From the IMG/VR virus record IMGVR_UViG_3300025084_000046, positions 1 through 48,392 of that record: a stretch of DNA of 48,392 nt. The stretch is one strand, 5' to 3'. Both the position numbers and the translations under genes were made by a program. The stretch comes from a virus (Duplodnaviria > Caudoviricetes). The notes below the pieces were generated by a model that did no database searches, had not been told where the DNA came from, and saw nothing but the letters and a program-made list of their open reading frames with translations. Every line of letters starts with the position of its first letter. Positions within the stretch are counted from its first letter, which is position 1. Below are positions 19,201 through 29,099 of this stretch, piece by piece.

Positions 19201-21366
19201 GTTTTGTATGAGGTAGAATACGCAAATACGGAAATAAAATTAGAATTTTTTAATGGTGGATATACTGCTGGTCCTAATGTTGGACCACCTTTTCTAGAAA
19301 AAACTGTTATATTAACACCATCTGGTTCAGCTGAAAATTTATCTGCTGAAAGAACATCAGAAGGAACTGATTCTTATTCTCCTCAATGGGATAACTTTGG
19401 TCCAAGAAATATACTTGTTAAGTTGAGTTGTTCAGGTGATGGTGGAAATATTTCACAGACAAAAACAATTACTGTTAATATTGACGAAACACCAGACAAC
19501 TTGCTTATTCCCGAAACTGATAAAGCATTTAAATCTCAGATACCAGTTTATACACCAGAGTCTGTAGAAGTTATATCTGAAGCAATTTTGATTGATGATA
19601 TCGATATATCAGTGGAAATAAAAGCAAATTATCCCATTCAAGTTGGTATAAACAATACCACTGGTGTATGGGAAAATCTTAGACCAATTGGTAGTGGACC
19701 TCCAACACCTGGCGGTAGTTCGGTTAGTAGTAATTCTATGCCTACTGAATCTGGTGTGTATCTTATAAAACCAAATAGTGATCCTGTAAGTATTGATGAA
19801 GAATTTAATGTTAAATCTAGTAATATTACGGCAGTAGATTTTGCAAAATTAGTTACTTGTGTATCTGTTATTGATGAAACAAATAACAGTTATTATAATA
19901 ATCAATCAGCTTTGAATAATGTGTGGGCAGGTAGTGCTATTATTGGTGGTGCGACAAATAATCGTAGAGGATTTAGAACAGCATTCCCATACAGAACTTT
20001 CTATATCTTAGATCCACAAGCATCAGGGCAAAGTGGTATTGATGTGCCTACAGCATATCCAGCAGATCCTAACGCAATTGGACCAATTCGTGTTAATCGC
20101 GATGAAGGAAATGCTGGTAATAGATCTGATTGGTTTGCGATTTGTAATTTTGGTTCTTTGCCATATGGAACAATTGTTTCTATCTGGATTGATATTTCCG
20201 GTTCGATGAGACTCTCTACAGTTCAGGCATCGTATAATTATTTCTTGACACGTTGTGCTGCTGCTGGTATTGAAATTGTACTGAGTCTTAGTGCTGCTGG
20301 CGAAAGGTATATTGAAGGACATATTCAATATCTACCTCCTAGTGCTAATTTTACTGTAAATAATACAAATATTATTACAATTATTCAGGGGCAGTCCGCT
20401 AATTTAGAGTGGATTGTGTTTGGTGATCTTACTACTCTTAATATTACTCCCGGAGTTTTATCAAACGCTACTACTTTCAGTAATTTTGTCAGTAGTACAA
20501 ATGTAACTCCACAATCAACTACCACATATCTTTTAACGGCAACCGGTCCTGCGGGAAGTACAACACGACAAGTTACAGTTAATGTTTTAATTCCACCAAT
20601 ACTTGAGATAAGTGCTAATAAAACCACTATTATTGTTGGATCATGTGCCAATATTAATTGGAATTATACTGGAGATGCTGATAGTATTACGTGGACTACT
20701 GGAACTATAACTAATGCAAATATAACCAGTACAGAAACAGTATGTCCAACAGATACTACAACATATTGTGCTTTTTTAGATGGACCTGCTGGACAATCAC
20801 CTGTAACATGTATTACAATTTATGTAAAACAAATTCCAACAGCATCTTTGACAGTTCCAAATGAAATAGATTATGGAAATAATTTTAACATTCAATATAA
20901 TACTCAATATGCTAACACTAGTATAAGTATTACCCCAACGTATACATATTTGGATGGTACAATAACAACAGGAACTTCTATTAATAGGACACCTGCTACT
21001 GGTGCTGAATTGGGAAATCCCGATTCACAAACTAAAGCAGATGGAACTGTTCCGATAACCGTTCCTTGGAATAATTTTGGTCCTTCTCAAATTAGTTTTT
21101 CTATTGATGTTGTTGGCGAAGGTGGAACTGCTAATGATATTAAAACTACTGCAGTAAATATTGATCAAACACCAGATAATTTATCTATTCCTGAGACAGA
21201 CGATTTATTTAAATCTCAAGAACCAGTCTTCAGTCCAGAAGGAGATATTTTGTCTGAGTTGATTTTGATTGATGATATTGATGTTGATATTGAAATTAAA
21301 GCAAATTATCCCATTCAAGTTGACAAAAATCAAGAGAATGATTATAAAGATGTTCGTCAACTATAA
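16291..21366 (+). CDS. tri-modular virion adhesin-like protein (PA14-like, Gly-rich and vWA-like heads; Ig-like stalks)
   Basis: VDDSGAIYING (PA14-like), GCTDPRATNYNP motif, Gly-rich block, IDISGSM MIDAS-like motif; three copies of a terminal IDxTPxNL.IPE...NYPIQV module. Confidence 0.75.
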   Translation: MTQDSSFTSRSPNTAGYTNQFYEPNWSSFMNNYNIGGRDASGTPGTNRTFSWTITFSNYGRQRFYANVDDSGAIYINGNYEMGMGGFRGQSLVTTSNYYGPGTYTLSATSINSGGGPWGIAIDWVGFIPPPPIPGCTDPRATNYNPSADLDNGTCTYPTPGITLNFNPTAIKRGETSALSWSVSNSTSRTLTGQGSVGTSGSLNYSPNNTISRTLTASYYGITSNSVTKTLTVYIPPIFNISTNKTEMMLGETANISWTVSGDGGGLNWTPTLTWLSGGLTNGNLNSNSNVSPSDTTIYTGRVSGVGGTDTGSVTVVVYQPVQLSIDPPTNLVYGNQGTINVTTKYATNSITIAPTYNYDFVGSSAGSVVNLPVNDSAEIGGTQSTTGYTTTIPYNDRGPLSVTYVIRATGKLGNFQEQVATIPIIIDDTPENLNIPESEDLIKDQTPVVSPEVEVLSDLILIDDVDIKVEVKSNYPIQVDRNQDDDWTNIRQIGSPPYIQGSSVSGNSLPIEPEVYSIESNSAPISIDEEFNVSSNAATTNISVSSTFTIDPYIYSLYFKMYGASGGGENIAANAALTTTAGTSGGTTSFLGISLSGGTGAGIGGKNGGGFGGGSTFGYTWSGTGVSINSANGSRGSLSTGGSGGVVAGSGKNGGVGSNGVNTYTSSSYHVFNNNDTQTINGVPPNSHNFSQSGSTSDITLSYANPGAPDGLTGYLPTNGKYYNLRFTNPYANNSWTFSVSGVCNQAAGGGTGGQPYSYQGYRYKNSSGISLWFQTSNGNNGYIRCFTITTTGVKPGAVGRGGGGAAAVEGTIPRQALVSSGTYAPGSAVPVAIGSAGSRGGTTGGCANGLQGYLTIIQTIYPQVYLSSNKLILKPTDPTATLTWTGAGDINAIRWPFNGDIDNSNVNSTSFVSPTVTTTYTAEGYNTSNTDLVSYNPEASLTIVVYALPNIQKFDIPDTIDYGQTSFNVLYEVEYANTEIKLEFFNGGYTAGPNVGPPFLEKTVILTPSGSAENLSAERTSEGTDSYSPQWDNFGPRNILVKLSCSGDGGNISQTKTITVNIDETPDNLLIPETDKAFKSQIPVYTPESVEVISEAILIDDIDISVEIKANYPIQVGINNTTGVWENLRPIGSGPPTPGGSSVSSNSMPTESGVYLIKPNSDPVSIDEEFNVKSSNITAVDFAKLVTCVSVIDETNNSYYNNQSALNNVWAGSAIIGGATNNRRGFRTAFPYRTFYILDPQASGQSGIDVPTAYPADPNAIGPIRVNRDEGNAGNRSDWFAICNFGSLPYGTIVSIWIDISGSMRLSTVQASYNYFLTRCAAAGIEIVLSLSAAGERYIEGHIQYLPPSANFTVNNTNIITIIQGQSANLEWIVFGDLTTLNITPGVLSNATTFSNFVSSTNVTPQSTTTYLLTATGPAGSTTRQVTVNVLIPPILEISANKTTIIVGSCANINWNYTGDADSITWTTGTITNANITSTETVCPTDTTTYCAFLDGPAGQSPVTCITIYVKQIPTASLTVPNEIDYGNNFNIQYNTQYANTSISITPTYTYLDGTITTGTSINRTPATGAELGNPDSQTKADGTVPITVPWNNFGPSQISFSIDVVGEGGTANDIKTTAVNIDQTPDNLSIPETDDLFKSQEPVFSPEGDILSELILIDDIDVDIEIKANYPIQVDKNQENDYKDVRQL

Positions 21367-21374
21367 CATCATAG

Positions 21375-21381
21375 ATAAATA
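21375..21381 (+). promoter_or_regulatory. late promoter ATAAATA
   Basis: Intergenic, upstream of an AGAGG Shine-Dalgarno and a structural gene. Confidence 0.75.
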
Positions 21382-21408
21382 CTAACACTGGGATACAATG
21401 TAAGAGGA

Positions 21409-24351
21409 ATGACATTTTCATTTGCACCAAATGATGAACCACTTTACGTGTCCGAAGGCGATTACGTTCAGTTTAAATTTAAGGCACCTTCTTCTTGGGA
21501 TACAACTCAAACAGTTACTCTTCTGATTGGTGATTTACTTCAATATTGGTTGATTACTACGATCAAGGAGGATTTTACTCCTGATCCATATCCCATGCAG
21601 GGATTTGAGGATGCCGACATTGATACTTTGTATACATTCGCTGATGGTAGTAGACCTGGAGAATCAATTGTTGTTGTTAGTGGATTAACACCAACTACAC
21701 AGGCAGCTGTAGGTATTTCATCTAATGTTCCTATTCCTGGAGGATCTCCTGTTACTGATTATGTTGCGATGCGTATTGATTACGATGGCAATGGGACTTG
21801 GGATACTGGTTGGATTGATAATACTACTGCAGTAACAGTTGAGAATGGTGCAAGGATACAGGTAAGAGGAAGAACTTCTACTTTTTACACTCAAATTATG
21901 AGGGTTGTTCTTGAAATTGGAACAGCAACTGAAGTATGGGAAGTGCAAAATGAAGCTGTTCCAGGTAATTTTGCTGTACCATTTCCAAATTTTACTGATT
22001 TGGATCCGGTAGAACCAGACACAATGATCTATAGTGAGGTTTTGACGGTACAGGGGTTAAATGAAGATGCTCCTATTAGTGTTAGTGGCACAGGTGAATA
22101 TGCTTTATCCGTATCTGGTAATACTAGCACTAATGTTAATGGATTTGATGTATTACTTGGTGCCTCTTGGTCCACTAGTGGAACTGTATCTAATGGAGAT
22201 TACCTACAATTAAGAATTCCAAGTTCTACTGCTAACTTGACACCTGTATTTACAGATTTGTCAATTGCTGATACTGCAAACGGATCGTCATGGACAGTCA
22301 CTACTGGTGTTGCTGATGATGATACACCAGGCAATTTTTCATTCCAAGATAAAACTGGTCAGTTAACTAGTACATTGATTGGATCAGATCAGCAACCGTC
22401 TGCTGGTATCACTGGATTAACAGCTGGTTTATCTGTACCAGTTGAAGTAGTTTCTACAGATTCTAGTTTAGTTCGTGTGAGAGTTAATAGTGGATCTATT
22501 GGAGTATTCCCAACATCCGTGCAAAATGGTGATAAGTTAACAATTTATCTACAATCTAGTGCTTCATTTAATACTCCTAACACTTTACAAATTAAGGTGG
22601 GAGAACGTACTATATCTACATGGACGGTTATAACTGGTAGTGGACCAGACAGTGATGCAATATTTACTCCCCCGCTTGATTTAACCAATCAAGTTCCAAA
22701 CACATATGTGACTAGTTCTCAAGTCACAGTAAGTGGTATTAATATACCGATTACTATCAATGCTACAAATGGATCTTTAATTTCTATTGATTCTGATATT
22801 CCTGTTGCTGGTCCCAGAACTTTTGATCCTAATGTAAATACATCATTCGCTATAACATCATTAGTACCAACAAACCTTAATACATCGCAACCTACTGTAG
22901 TTACAGTGGGAACAGGTTCTTTAAACAATCCTTTTACTTGGACAGTGACAAGTTATGCCTCAGCACCTTTACCACCAGATAATTTAGGTGTTTGGTATAG
23001 TAAGAAAGTAGAAAAATTTGATGGTTATCCTATTGGCACTGTATTACCTATCCTTAAAGAAAATTCTATCGTTGAATATGGAGATCTGGATGGAGATTTG
23101 AATTCTAGATATCCAGGATTCATTAAATGTGAAGGGCAGAGTTTAAGTACCACTCAATATTTTATTTTATTTGATATAATTGGATATACTTATGGTGGAT
23201 CTGGATCCAGTTTTAATATTCCTGACTATAGAAATAGAAGATTATGTGGAACTGGTCAAGTTGATGCTAGTAGAGGCAATTCTGCTGCATTACCAATTGA
23301 TAGTGGTGGATCTATTCTTAACGTTGGTGCTGAAGGTGGATATTGGTACTTTGATAAAGTAGACGTTTTAGGTACACAACCACTAGAACAAATTCAGGGA
23401 ACTGGAACTAGTGGAGTAAACAGTGAATTTTTTACTCTAGGTACAGTGAGAATATCTGGTCTTGAAACAGTTACTGATGATGTTTTATTTTCTATTACCG
23501 GTCAAGTTAGTGGTATAATTGGTCCATTAGAAAATGTTGTAGTAAATGTTCCTTTACATGATCATGCATATGTTGGTGCTATTCCTGATAGTGATGGAGG
23601 AGATCCATTAATTAAATGGGGTCCTCCTGCTGGTAGGGGTATGTTTGGTGGTCAAACTGGGAAAAATAGTTATAGAAATCAAGTTGGTAGTTCTGATGAT
23701 ATTGCTGGTAAATGGGCAGATTTCATTGGTAGTCTTGGAATTTTTGAAAATGAAATGAAATTGTATTACGGCAATGGTTTCAATTTGAAAGACTGGGCAG
23801 CTGCTAATTTACCAACTAATTGGGAAGTTAATGTGGATGTTCCAAGTGGAGCCACTGGTCAATCTGATTTTGGTGATGAAAATGATGACGCTCAAGCAAC
23901 AGTTGACTTTATGACTTGGTGGATATCTCCTGTTAGTGGTTTATCTGGGGCATCTTTACAATCTACTGGTGGCGGAGAACCAAACCCAGTAGCTGCTGTT
24001 GTTGATACTGAGACAACTAGATTTACAATTGAGCAATATATTCCCACCAGTGGATTTACAAATGCACATTCTCACTTCCTCACACAAGATGTTGTTCAGA
24101 ATGCTCAGGTTGATTTTAGTTCCGGTAATAGTGGTGGTGCTGGCACCATTACAAGTGGACTAGGAAATGGTGTGACTCAACTTAATCTGGTATTTACACA
24201 AGCAGATATTTTTATGGACATGACAGATGCGACATTTAAATGGAATAGTAGTTTTGCCAAACCAACTCCTAGTGTCTCAATGACACCACAGATTCAAGTT
24301 CCAATTCTCAACCCATTCCACAAGACTAAATATATCATTAAAGCATATTAG
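21409..24351 (+). CDS. tail fibre protein with Ig-like repeats and tail-collar domain
   Basis: Repeated ..V.NGD.LQ/T.. beta modules, then YPIGTVLP..YPGFIKCEG..LFDIIGYTYGG..FNIPDYR collar; ends YIIKAY. Confidence 0.82.
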   Translation: MTFSFAPNDEPLYVSEGDYVQFKFKAPSSWDTTQTVTLLIGDLLQYWLITTIKEDFTPDPYPMQGFEDADIDTLYTFADGSRPGESIVVVSGLTPTTQAAVGISSNVPIPGGSPVTDYVAMRIDYDGNGTWDTGWIDNTTAVTVENGARIQVRGRTSTFYTQIMRVVLEIGTATEVWEVQNEAVPGNFAVPFPNFTDLDPVEPDTMIYSEVLTVQGLNEDAPISVSGTGEYALSVSGNTSTNVNGFDVLLGASWSTSGTVSNGDYLQLRIPSSTANLTPVFTDLSIADTANGSSWTVTTGVADDDTPGNFSFQDKTGQLTSTLIGSDQQPSAGITGLTAGLSVPVEVVSTDSSLVRVRVNSGSIGVFPTSVQNGDKLTIYLQSSASFNTPNTLQIKVGERTISTWTVITGSGPDSDAIFTPPLDLTNQVPNTYVTSSQVTVSGINIPITINATNGSLISIDSDIPVAGPRTFDPNVNTSFAITSLVPTNLNTSQPTVVTVGTGSLNNPFTWTVTSYASAPLPPDNLGVWYSKKVEKFDGYPIGTVLPILKENSIVEYGDLDGDLNSRYPGFIKCEGQSLSTTQYFILFDIIGYTYGGSGSSFNIPDYRNRRLCGTGQVDASRGNSAALPIDSGGSILNVGAEGGYWYFDKVDVLGTQPLEQIQGTGTSGVNSEFFTLGTVRISGLETVTDDVLFSITGQVSGIIGPLENVVVNVPLHDHAYVGAIPDSDGGDPLIKWGPPAGRGMFGGQTGKNSYRNQVGSSDDIAGKWADFIGSLGIFENEMKLYYGNGFNLKDWAAANLPTNWEVNVDVPSGATGQSDFGDENDDAQATVDFMTWWISPVSGLSGASLQSTGGGEPNPVAAVVDTETTRFTIEQYIPTSGFTNAHSHFLTQDVVQNAQVDFSSGNSGGAGTITSGLGNGVTQLNLVFTQADIFMDMTDATFKWNSSFAKPTPSVSMTPQIQVPILNPFHKTKYIIKAY

Positions 24352-24352
24352 A

Positions 24353-25018
24353 ATGAAATTACCTGATTATAGACCGCATGAATTAATGCTTGACCCTAAA
24401 ATAACTAAAGTTGAATTTGATGATTTTATTGGTGTTTGGCCAAACTTTATGCCCCGTCCAGTGTGTGATGAACTACGTGAGTTCACTGACAATACTATTG
24501 AGCAAGCATGTGTCATTAATCCTAGTCTAGATTTATCTCAAGTAGATAGTGCTGATCGTGTTTATAAATCAGCTGATATATATGGCGGTGAAATGAATCG
24601 CAAAGACATGGCATTTATATTAAATTATGCTAATAGAGATTTGGTGCTTAAGATTAATTCGATATTAAGATCTTGTGTATTACACTACATCTCACAATAT
24701 CAATCACTAACTAAAACTAGTTTAATTTCTTCTGACATTAAAATACAAAAAACACCTCCTGGCGGTGGATATCATCTTTGGCATTATGAAAACTCTGATG
24801 AAGCACATGCTATGCGAGAAATAGTATGGATGATATATCTAAATGATATGCCAGAGGGTGAAGCAGAAACAGAATTTATGTATCAAAGAAGAAGAATTAG
24901 ACCAACAGCAGGCACAGTAGTTATTTGGCCTGCAGGATATACACATACACATAAAGGTAATACTGTCTTGACTGAAGATAAATATATTTTGACAGGATGG
25001 TACATTAAACGTAATTAA
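24353..25018 (+). CDS. 2OG-Fe(II) oxygenase (prolyl-hydroxylase-like)
   Basis: GGYHLWHYE, WMIYLND...ETEF, WPAGYTHTHKG, KYILTGW. Confidence 0.9.
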   Translation: MKLPDYRPHELMLDPKITKVEFDDFIGVWPNFMPRPVCDELREFTDNTIEQACVINPSLDLSQVDSADRVYKSADIYGGEMNRKDMAFILNYANRDLVLKINSILRSCVLHYISQYQSLTKTSLISSDIKIQKTPPGGGYHLWHYENSDEAHAMREIVWMIYLNDMPEGEAETEFMYQRRRIRPTAGTVVIWPAGYTHTHKGNTVLTEDKYILTGWYIKRN

Positions 25019-25024
25019 CGACCC

Positions 25025-25972
25025 ATGGAACAAAAAATAGCTCTTATTCAAGTTGATTTCGCAAACGATACCATACTAGAAGGTGGAAATTCTGATTCGG
25101 GATTTACTTTGCTGCCTACCGAGTATAATGGTAAGCGATTTAAGATGGATGCTGAAATTAAGGAAAAATTCTTAAACACATCAGTTGATGAATTTTGGCA
25201 TAGTGATAAAGATTTACTTGAGTTCTTTCAATATTTTAGTGATGGAACATATTTCTGCCAAAGAAAAAGAGTAAAGTATGATTTTGCTACTGAAAGCAAT
25301 TACTTGAAAACATATTCCTTTACCGGTGCTACAGGTGAACAGGCAAAAGAATTATATGAATTAGTTAAAACATTCTTTGCAGTTGTAGTTGAGGTTAAAA
25401 ACCTCAAAGTTGATACTTTAGTTGCTGGTGTTGATAAAGAAGTTGCTTTCTATGAGCAGCGTATGTATAAACTAAAAAGGCAGAAGCGCGAGATGCTAAC
25501 TCTGTCTGATTGGAGAATTCTTCCTGATATTGAAGATACTTACGAAGGCGAAAAAGAAGAATGGATTAAATGGAGAAAGTGGGTTAGAGAAAATTCTACA
25601 CCTGCTCCAACAAATGCAGAATTTAATAACTCTGGATTGGAATATTTTAAGTATACATACAATCTTAAATTTCCAATTGATCCAGCAAAATATAGGAAAC
25701 TATATGTAGATGGAAAGTTGGACGATGGCGTAACAGATGCTCCTGCGTTTATGGACGCTGATGATGCTAATCAATGGGTTAAGCATGACTCTCAGGCATC
25801 AACTGATTTCTTTAAGAACAGAGAGGTCAACATGTTTAATCTGGCACAAAGAGGAATTGCTCCCACTAAGAAAGTGACACAGAAAATTTTAGATATGATG
25901 AAGGAATTGAAAATTAATGAGGATGTTGAAGTAGATTGGGATAGATTCTTTATTGATGAAAATGAACTATGA
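25025..25972 (+). CDS. hypothetical protein with tail-fibre assembly chaperone-like motif
   Basis: KREMLTLSDWRILPD....EEWIKWRKWVRE resembles the R..LL..SDW..LPD....W..YR..LRD chaperone signature; follows fibre genes. Confidence 0.6.
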   Translation: MEQKIALIQVDFANDTILEGGNSDSGFTLLPTEYNGKRFKMDAEIKEKFLNTSVDEFWHSDKDLLEFFQYFSDGTYFCQRKRVKYDFATESNYLKTYSFTGATGEQAKELYELVKTFFAVVVEVKNLKVDTLVAGVDKEVAFYEQRMYKLKRQKREMLTLSDWRILPDIEDTYEGEKEEWIKWRKWVRENSTPAPTNAEFNNSGLEYFKYTYNLKFPIDPAKYRKLYVDGKLDDGVTDAPAFMDADDANQWVKHDSQASTDFFKNREVNMFNLAQRGIAPTKKVTQKILDMMKELKINEDVEVDWDRFFIDENEL

Positions 25973-26445
25973 TATGTGAGATTGATTTACTAAATGATGA
26001 ACAGTTATCACATATCACACAATACTTTAAATATCTAACATTTGAAGATGGTAAGAAAAGTAATCTAGATGCTAATAAGGTCTGTCAAACTGTGTTTGAT
26101 GGACCTGGTAATTTAGATTTGAATATGTATTGTCGTGATATAATAGCAAACAAATTGCCATTCACTGCGTCAATAATATCACAGATATATTTTGTCAAGT
26201 ATGATGTTGGTGGTATGTATGAGAATCATTATGATGCTAATCCATGTGGTGGTGTGAGACCAGATTATAGTATGACTTGTTTTCTTAATGATGATTATGA
26301 TGGAGGAGAGTTGGTGATAGAGAATGAACGTAGTATTAAATTATCAAAAGGTAAAGCAGTAATATATCCCGGCAATTTACTTCACAGAGTAAATGAGGTA
26401 AAATGTGGTAGAAGAGATGTATTCATATGTTGGATTGAAACATGA
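25969..26445 (+). CDS. PKHD-type 2OG-Fe(II) hydroxylase
   Basis: YENHYD, RPDYSMTCFLNDDYDGGELVI, YPGNLLHRVNEV..GRR. Confidence 0.9.
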   Translation: MICEIDLLNDEQLSHITQYFKYLTFEDGKKSNLDANKVCQTVFDGPGNLDLNMYCRDIIANKLPFTASIISQIYFVKYDVGGMYENHYDANPCGGVRPDYSMTCFLNDDYDGGELVIENERSIKLSKGKAVIYPGNLLHRVNEVKCGRRDVFICWIET

Positions 26446-26957
26446 ATGATATTATACAGTATAACAAATTCTTTTCTTTTAATGTAGTAGAGAGAATCAC
26501 ATCTAAAATAAATGAACCACGGTGGAGACATGGACATGGATCACATGTAGATGAGAATAATAATTCTCTTGGTATACCATTTTGGCGTATGGATCTTTTA
26601 GATGACACATACTTTTCTGATTATCTTCTAAATATCATTAGGGAAAAAACCCAACAAGATTATGATTTGTATGATGTGTATGCTAATGGGCATACATTTG
26701 GTACTCAAGGAGAATTCCATGTTGATTGGTATGAACCAAACGGGAGAACCCTATTATATTATGCAAATTCTAACTGGAGACCAGATTGGGGCGGGAAGAC
26801 TATATTTCTTCTTGACAAAGAAGAATTACATTATCAAAATCCTATACCAAACTCTGCTGTTCTTTTCCCTGGTAATATACTACACATGGCAGAGGGAACA
26901 TCTAGATTATTTTCTGGATTGAGAGTAACTATTGCTTGGAAACTAATACTAAAATGA
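26442..26957 (+). CDS. 2OG-Fe(II) oxygenase
   Basis: YANGHT..GEFHVD, TLLYY...W.PDWGGKT, LFPGNILH, LRVTIAWK. Confidence 0.9.
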   Translation: MNDIIQYNKFFSFNVVERITSKINEPRWRHGHGSHVDENNNSLGIPFWRMDLLDDTYFSDYLLNIIREKTQQDYDLYDVYANGHTFGTQGEFHVDWYEPNGRTLLYYANSNWRPDWGGKTIFLLDKEELHYQNPIPNSAVLFPGNILHMAEGTSRLFSGLRVTIAWKLILK

Positions 26958-27301
26958 ACACATCTTACGACACATTTTATCTTGATAATTTTATTGAGCG
27001 ATATGCTGCCTTAAAGGGTAAAGCTATTTTGTATCTAAGATCAACAGGATGGAATAATAGTTCTGATGTTGATGCAATCAATGCATCAATGCAACTTTAT
27101 AAAGACATTCTTCCACTTGATATATGGACTTGTTTAAATCAATCAGAACATGTTTTTGTTGAAGTTGATGATATTACTGACACGTTGAACTTTTTGGAGT
27201 CAAATTTACCAGAGAGTCAGGCATCAACATCTACTCCAGAGAATTATATTTTTTATTCTCTTGCTAATTCTAGCGGTCAAATCATAGCAACTAACGAATA
27301 A
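26954..27301 (+). CDS. hypothetical protein
   Basis: ORF fills the gap in a tightly packed operon; start MNTSY chosen. Confidence 0.65.
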   Translation: MNTSYDTFYLDNFIERYAALKGKAILYLRSTGWNNSSDVDAINASMQLYKDILPLDIWTCLNQSEHVFVEVDDITDTLNFLESNLPESQASTSTPENYIFYSLANSSGQIIATNE

Positions 27302-28164
27302 TGTTTTCCGAAGACTTCGATATTGTAGAAAAATATAATGTAAACACACAGGAACATGTCTCAACAATTGAGATGATGCCTAGAAGGTTTACATCATTGG
27401 TTGACTCTAATTATTTGCCAGCACTAAGTTCTGCTGTAATTGATAAATGCAACAAACTATTTAATTATACGCAAAAACATACAACTGATCCAAATTATTA
27501 TTTCGACAAATATTTGCATGTAGAACATAAAGACGGTGAGATTATATCATTTTATTGTAAGAATGCTATTCGTTTCAATACTATCAGTCATCCTAGTGTC
27601 TGGGATACTTTCATTAAAGAAACTGACAATGAAAGTATTAGAGAATGTAGAACTGAAATTGATAGTATTACTAGTGATCTAGATCATTACGAAGCAGCAG
27701 TTATGGGCATTTCGTATAATACCAATGGAGTTGCTACACAACTCTCTGTATATGATAAAACGTATGAACTCAATGTAAGCAACAGTGAGATTTTAAGTAA
27801 ACTCAATACTTTAACTCAGACTCGATACGATATGGTTAAGGGTGTAGTTTCTATATTGCCAGATAATACAGACATCAAATATCAATTAGCATTTCATTAT
27901 CCAGAAATATTTAATAATGATAATGAATTATTTTTGAACAAGACTCTTAAGAATACAAATATTGTTGATGCTATTCTTGACATGCTCTCTCGTGAGGGTG
28001 GACTGGAACTCATCACCAGTGAGCAAAAAGACTATATCAGATCAATTTGTGTGGGTCAATCTACATTTGAATTGGAGTATATTATTGGTGTGGATGGAAT
28101 GATCAAAGATTTTTATGTCCACCAACGCCGTTTGAAAGAGTTTGAGGACTTGACAGTGGGTTGA
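27301..28164 (+). CDS. hypothetical protein (287 aa)
   Basis: Long ORF with TAATG coupling; no recognised motif. Confidence 0.75.
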   Translation: MFSEDFDIVEKYNVNTQEHVSTIEMMPRRFTSLVDSNYLPALSSAVIDKCNKLFNYTQKHTTDPNYYFDKYLHVEHKDGEIISFYCKNAIRFNTISHPSVWDTFIKETDNESIRECRTEIDSITSDLDHYEAAVMGISYNTNGVATQLSVYDKTYELNVSNSEILSKLNTLTQTRYDMVKGVVSILPDNTDIKYQLAFHYPEIFNNDNELFLNKTLKNTNIVDAILDMLSREGGLELITSEQKDYIRSICVGQSTFELEYIIGVDGMIKDFYVHQRRLKEFEDLTVG

Positions 28165-28179
28165 CACCTATGCTATGGT
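28150..28179 (+). promoter_or_regulatory. sigma70-like promoter (TTGACA ... TGcTATGGT)
   Basis: TTGACA at 28150 (second copy at 28161), extended -10; marks the start of the small-ORF region. Confidence 0.5.
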
Positions 28180-28201
28180 AGTAAAGCGTCCATCGAACCA
28201 C

Positions 28202-28426
28202 ATGAAAGTTCCTGATCAGATAGAGTTGCAGCACATGCAACTCCAAGCAATGTTACGAGATAATAACATTCCAAAGAGTGAACTGATGTATGTTGGTAAG
28301 AGGGAGTATACTACAGACTATCCTGCTCATCCAGAGTATCATGGACAGATCATGCATTGGTACATTATCGCTGGGGAACATGAAGTTCCCGTTTGTGATA
28401 TCGAATCGGTTGATCAAATTGAGTAA
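28202..28426 (+). CDS. hypothetical protein
   Basis: ORF downstream of promoter; start MKVPDQ. Confidence 0.7.
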   Translation: MKVPDQIELQHMQLQAMLRDNNIPKSELMYVGKREYTTDYPAHPEYHGQIMHWYIIAGEHEVPVCDIESVDQIE

Positions 28427-28461
28427 TCATGCTACAATGTCCCCTATAACGCTTGTATTAC

Positions 28462-28659
28462 ATGGATTGGAATAGTACCACGAAACACGAGAAACGTAAA
28501 GATGCGTTCTATATCTTTTATGAGAGCGTTCTCAAACCAGACTATCAGCTACGTCAAGACGCACATGATCAGCAATGCTATCATGAGTTGTTAGAGTGGC
28601 GCAATGAAATTATTGAGTATCTTGACAAACGTCGCAACGAAGACTTTAATGACAACTGA
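28462..28659 (+). CDS. hypothetical cyanophage protein
   Basis: MDWNSTTKHEKRKDAFYIFYESVLKPD; packed ORF. Confidence 0.7.
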   Translation: MDWNSTTKHEKRKDAFYIFYESVLKPDYQLRQDAHDQQCYHELLEWRNEIIEYLDKRRNEDFNDN

Positions 28660-28897
28660 AATTAACTGGGCACATGAGTATTCAAAACAGCGCAAAGATC
28701 GTATGCAAAATGCGATCGATGATTATCTCAACGATGATAAAGTATCAGCACGACAAACGCATGAAGAGATGCTATCTGGCATCGATGATGTGATAGAATA
28801 TCATAAGAAAGCATACTGTCGTGCTATGTCTCTTAGAGACTACATGACTGGCAACACTGCTCTCAATCTAGACCACCGTATTCCCGATCGCTATTGA
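28649..28897 (+). CDS. hypothetical protein
   Basis: Overlapping start MTTEINW; helical composition. Confidence 0.65.
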   Translation: MTTEINWAHEYSKQRKDRMQNAIDDYLNDDKVSARQTHEEMLSGIDDVIEYHKKAYCRAMSLRDYMTGNTALNLDHRIPDRY

Positions 28898-28898
28898 C

Positions 28899-29099
28899 AT
28901 GAACGAAGAAGAGTTTAAACAAACAGTTGAAAATTTGTTGACGATCCAGAGCAACAATGATCATAACTTCAATGTAATACAGAGGAGACTTGATTCTATT
29001 CAACAGCAACTAAATGATCTAAATGACCTGAAGGAGATGTTCCGTCTCCCTAAACCAGAGAATAAAAATCGTAAACTATTTGATGAGGTTGACGAGTGA
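28899..29099 (+). CDS. hypothetical coiled-coil protein
   Basis: Heptad-like IQRRLDSIQQQLNDL. Confidence 0.65.
   Translation: MNEEEFKQTVENLLTIQSNNDHNFNVIQRRLDSIQQQLNDLNDLKEMFRLPKPENKNRKLFDEVDE

Noticed and set aside
16291-21366. Diversity-generating retroelement or invertible shufflon in the fibre genes
   Set aside because: There is no reverse transcriptase or recombinase in the window; the repeats are direct and I saw no adenine-specific mismatch pattern.
2361-23362. Many short minus-strand and off-frame ORFs inside the structural genes
   Set aside because: They are shadow ORFs from codon bias, with no SD, promoter or motif support.
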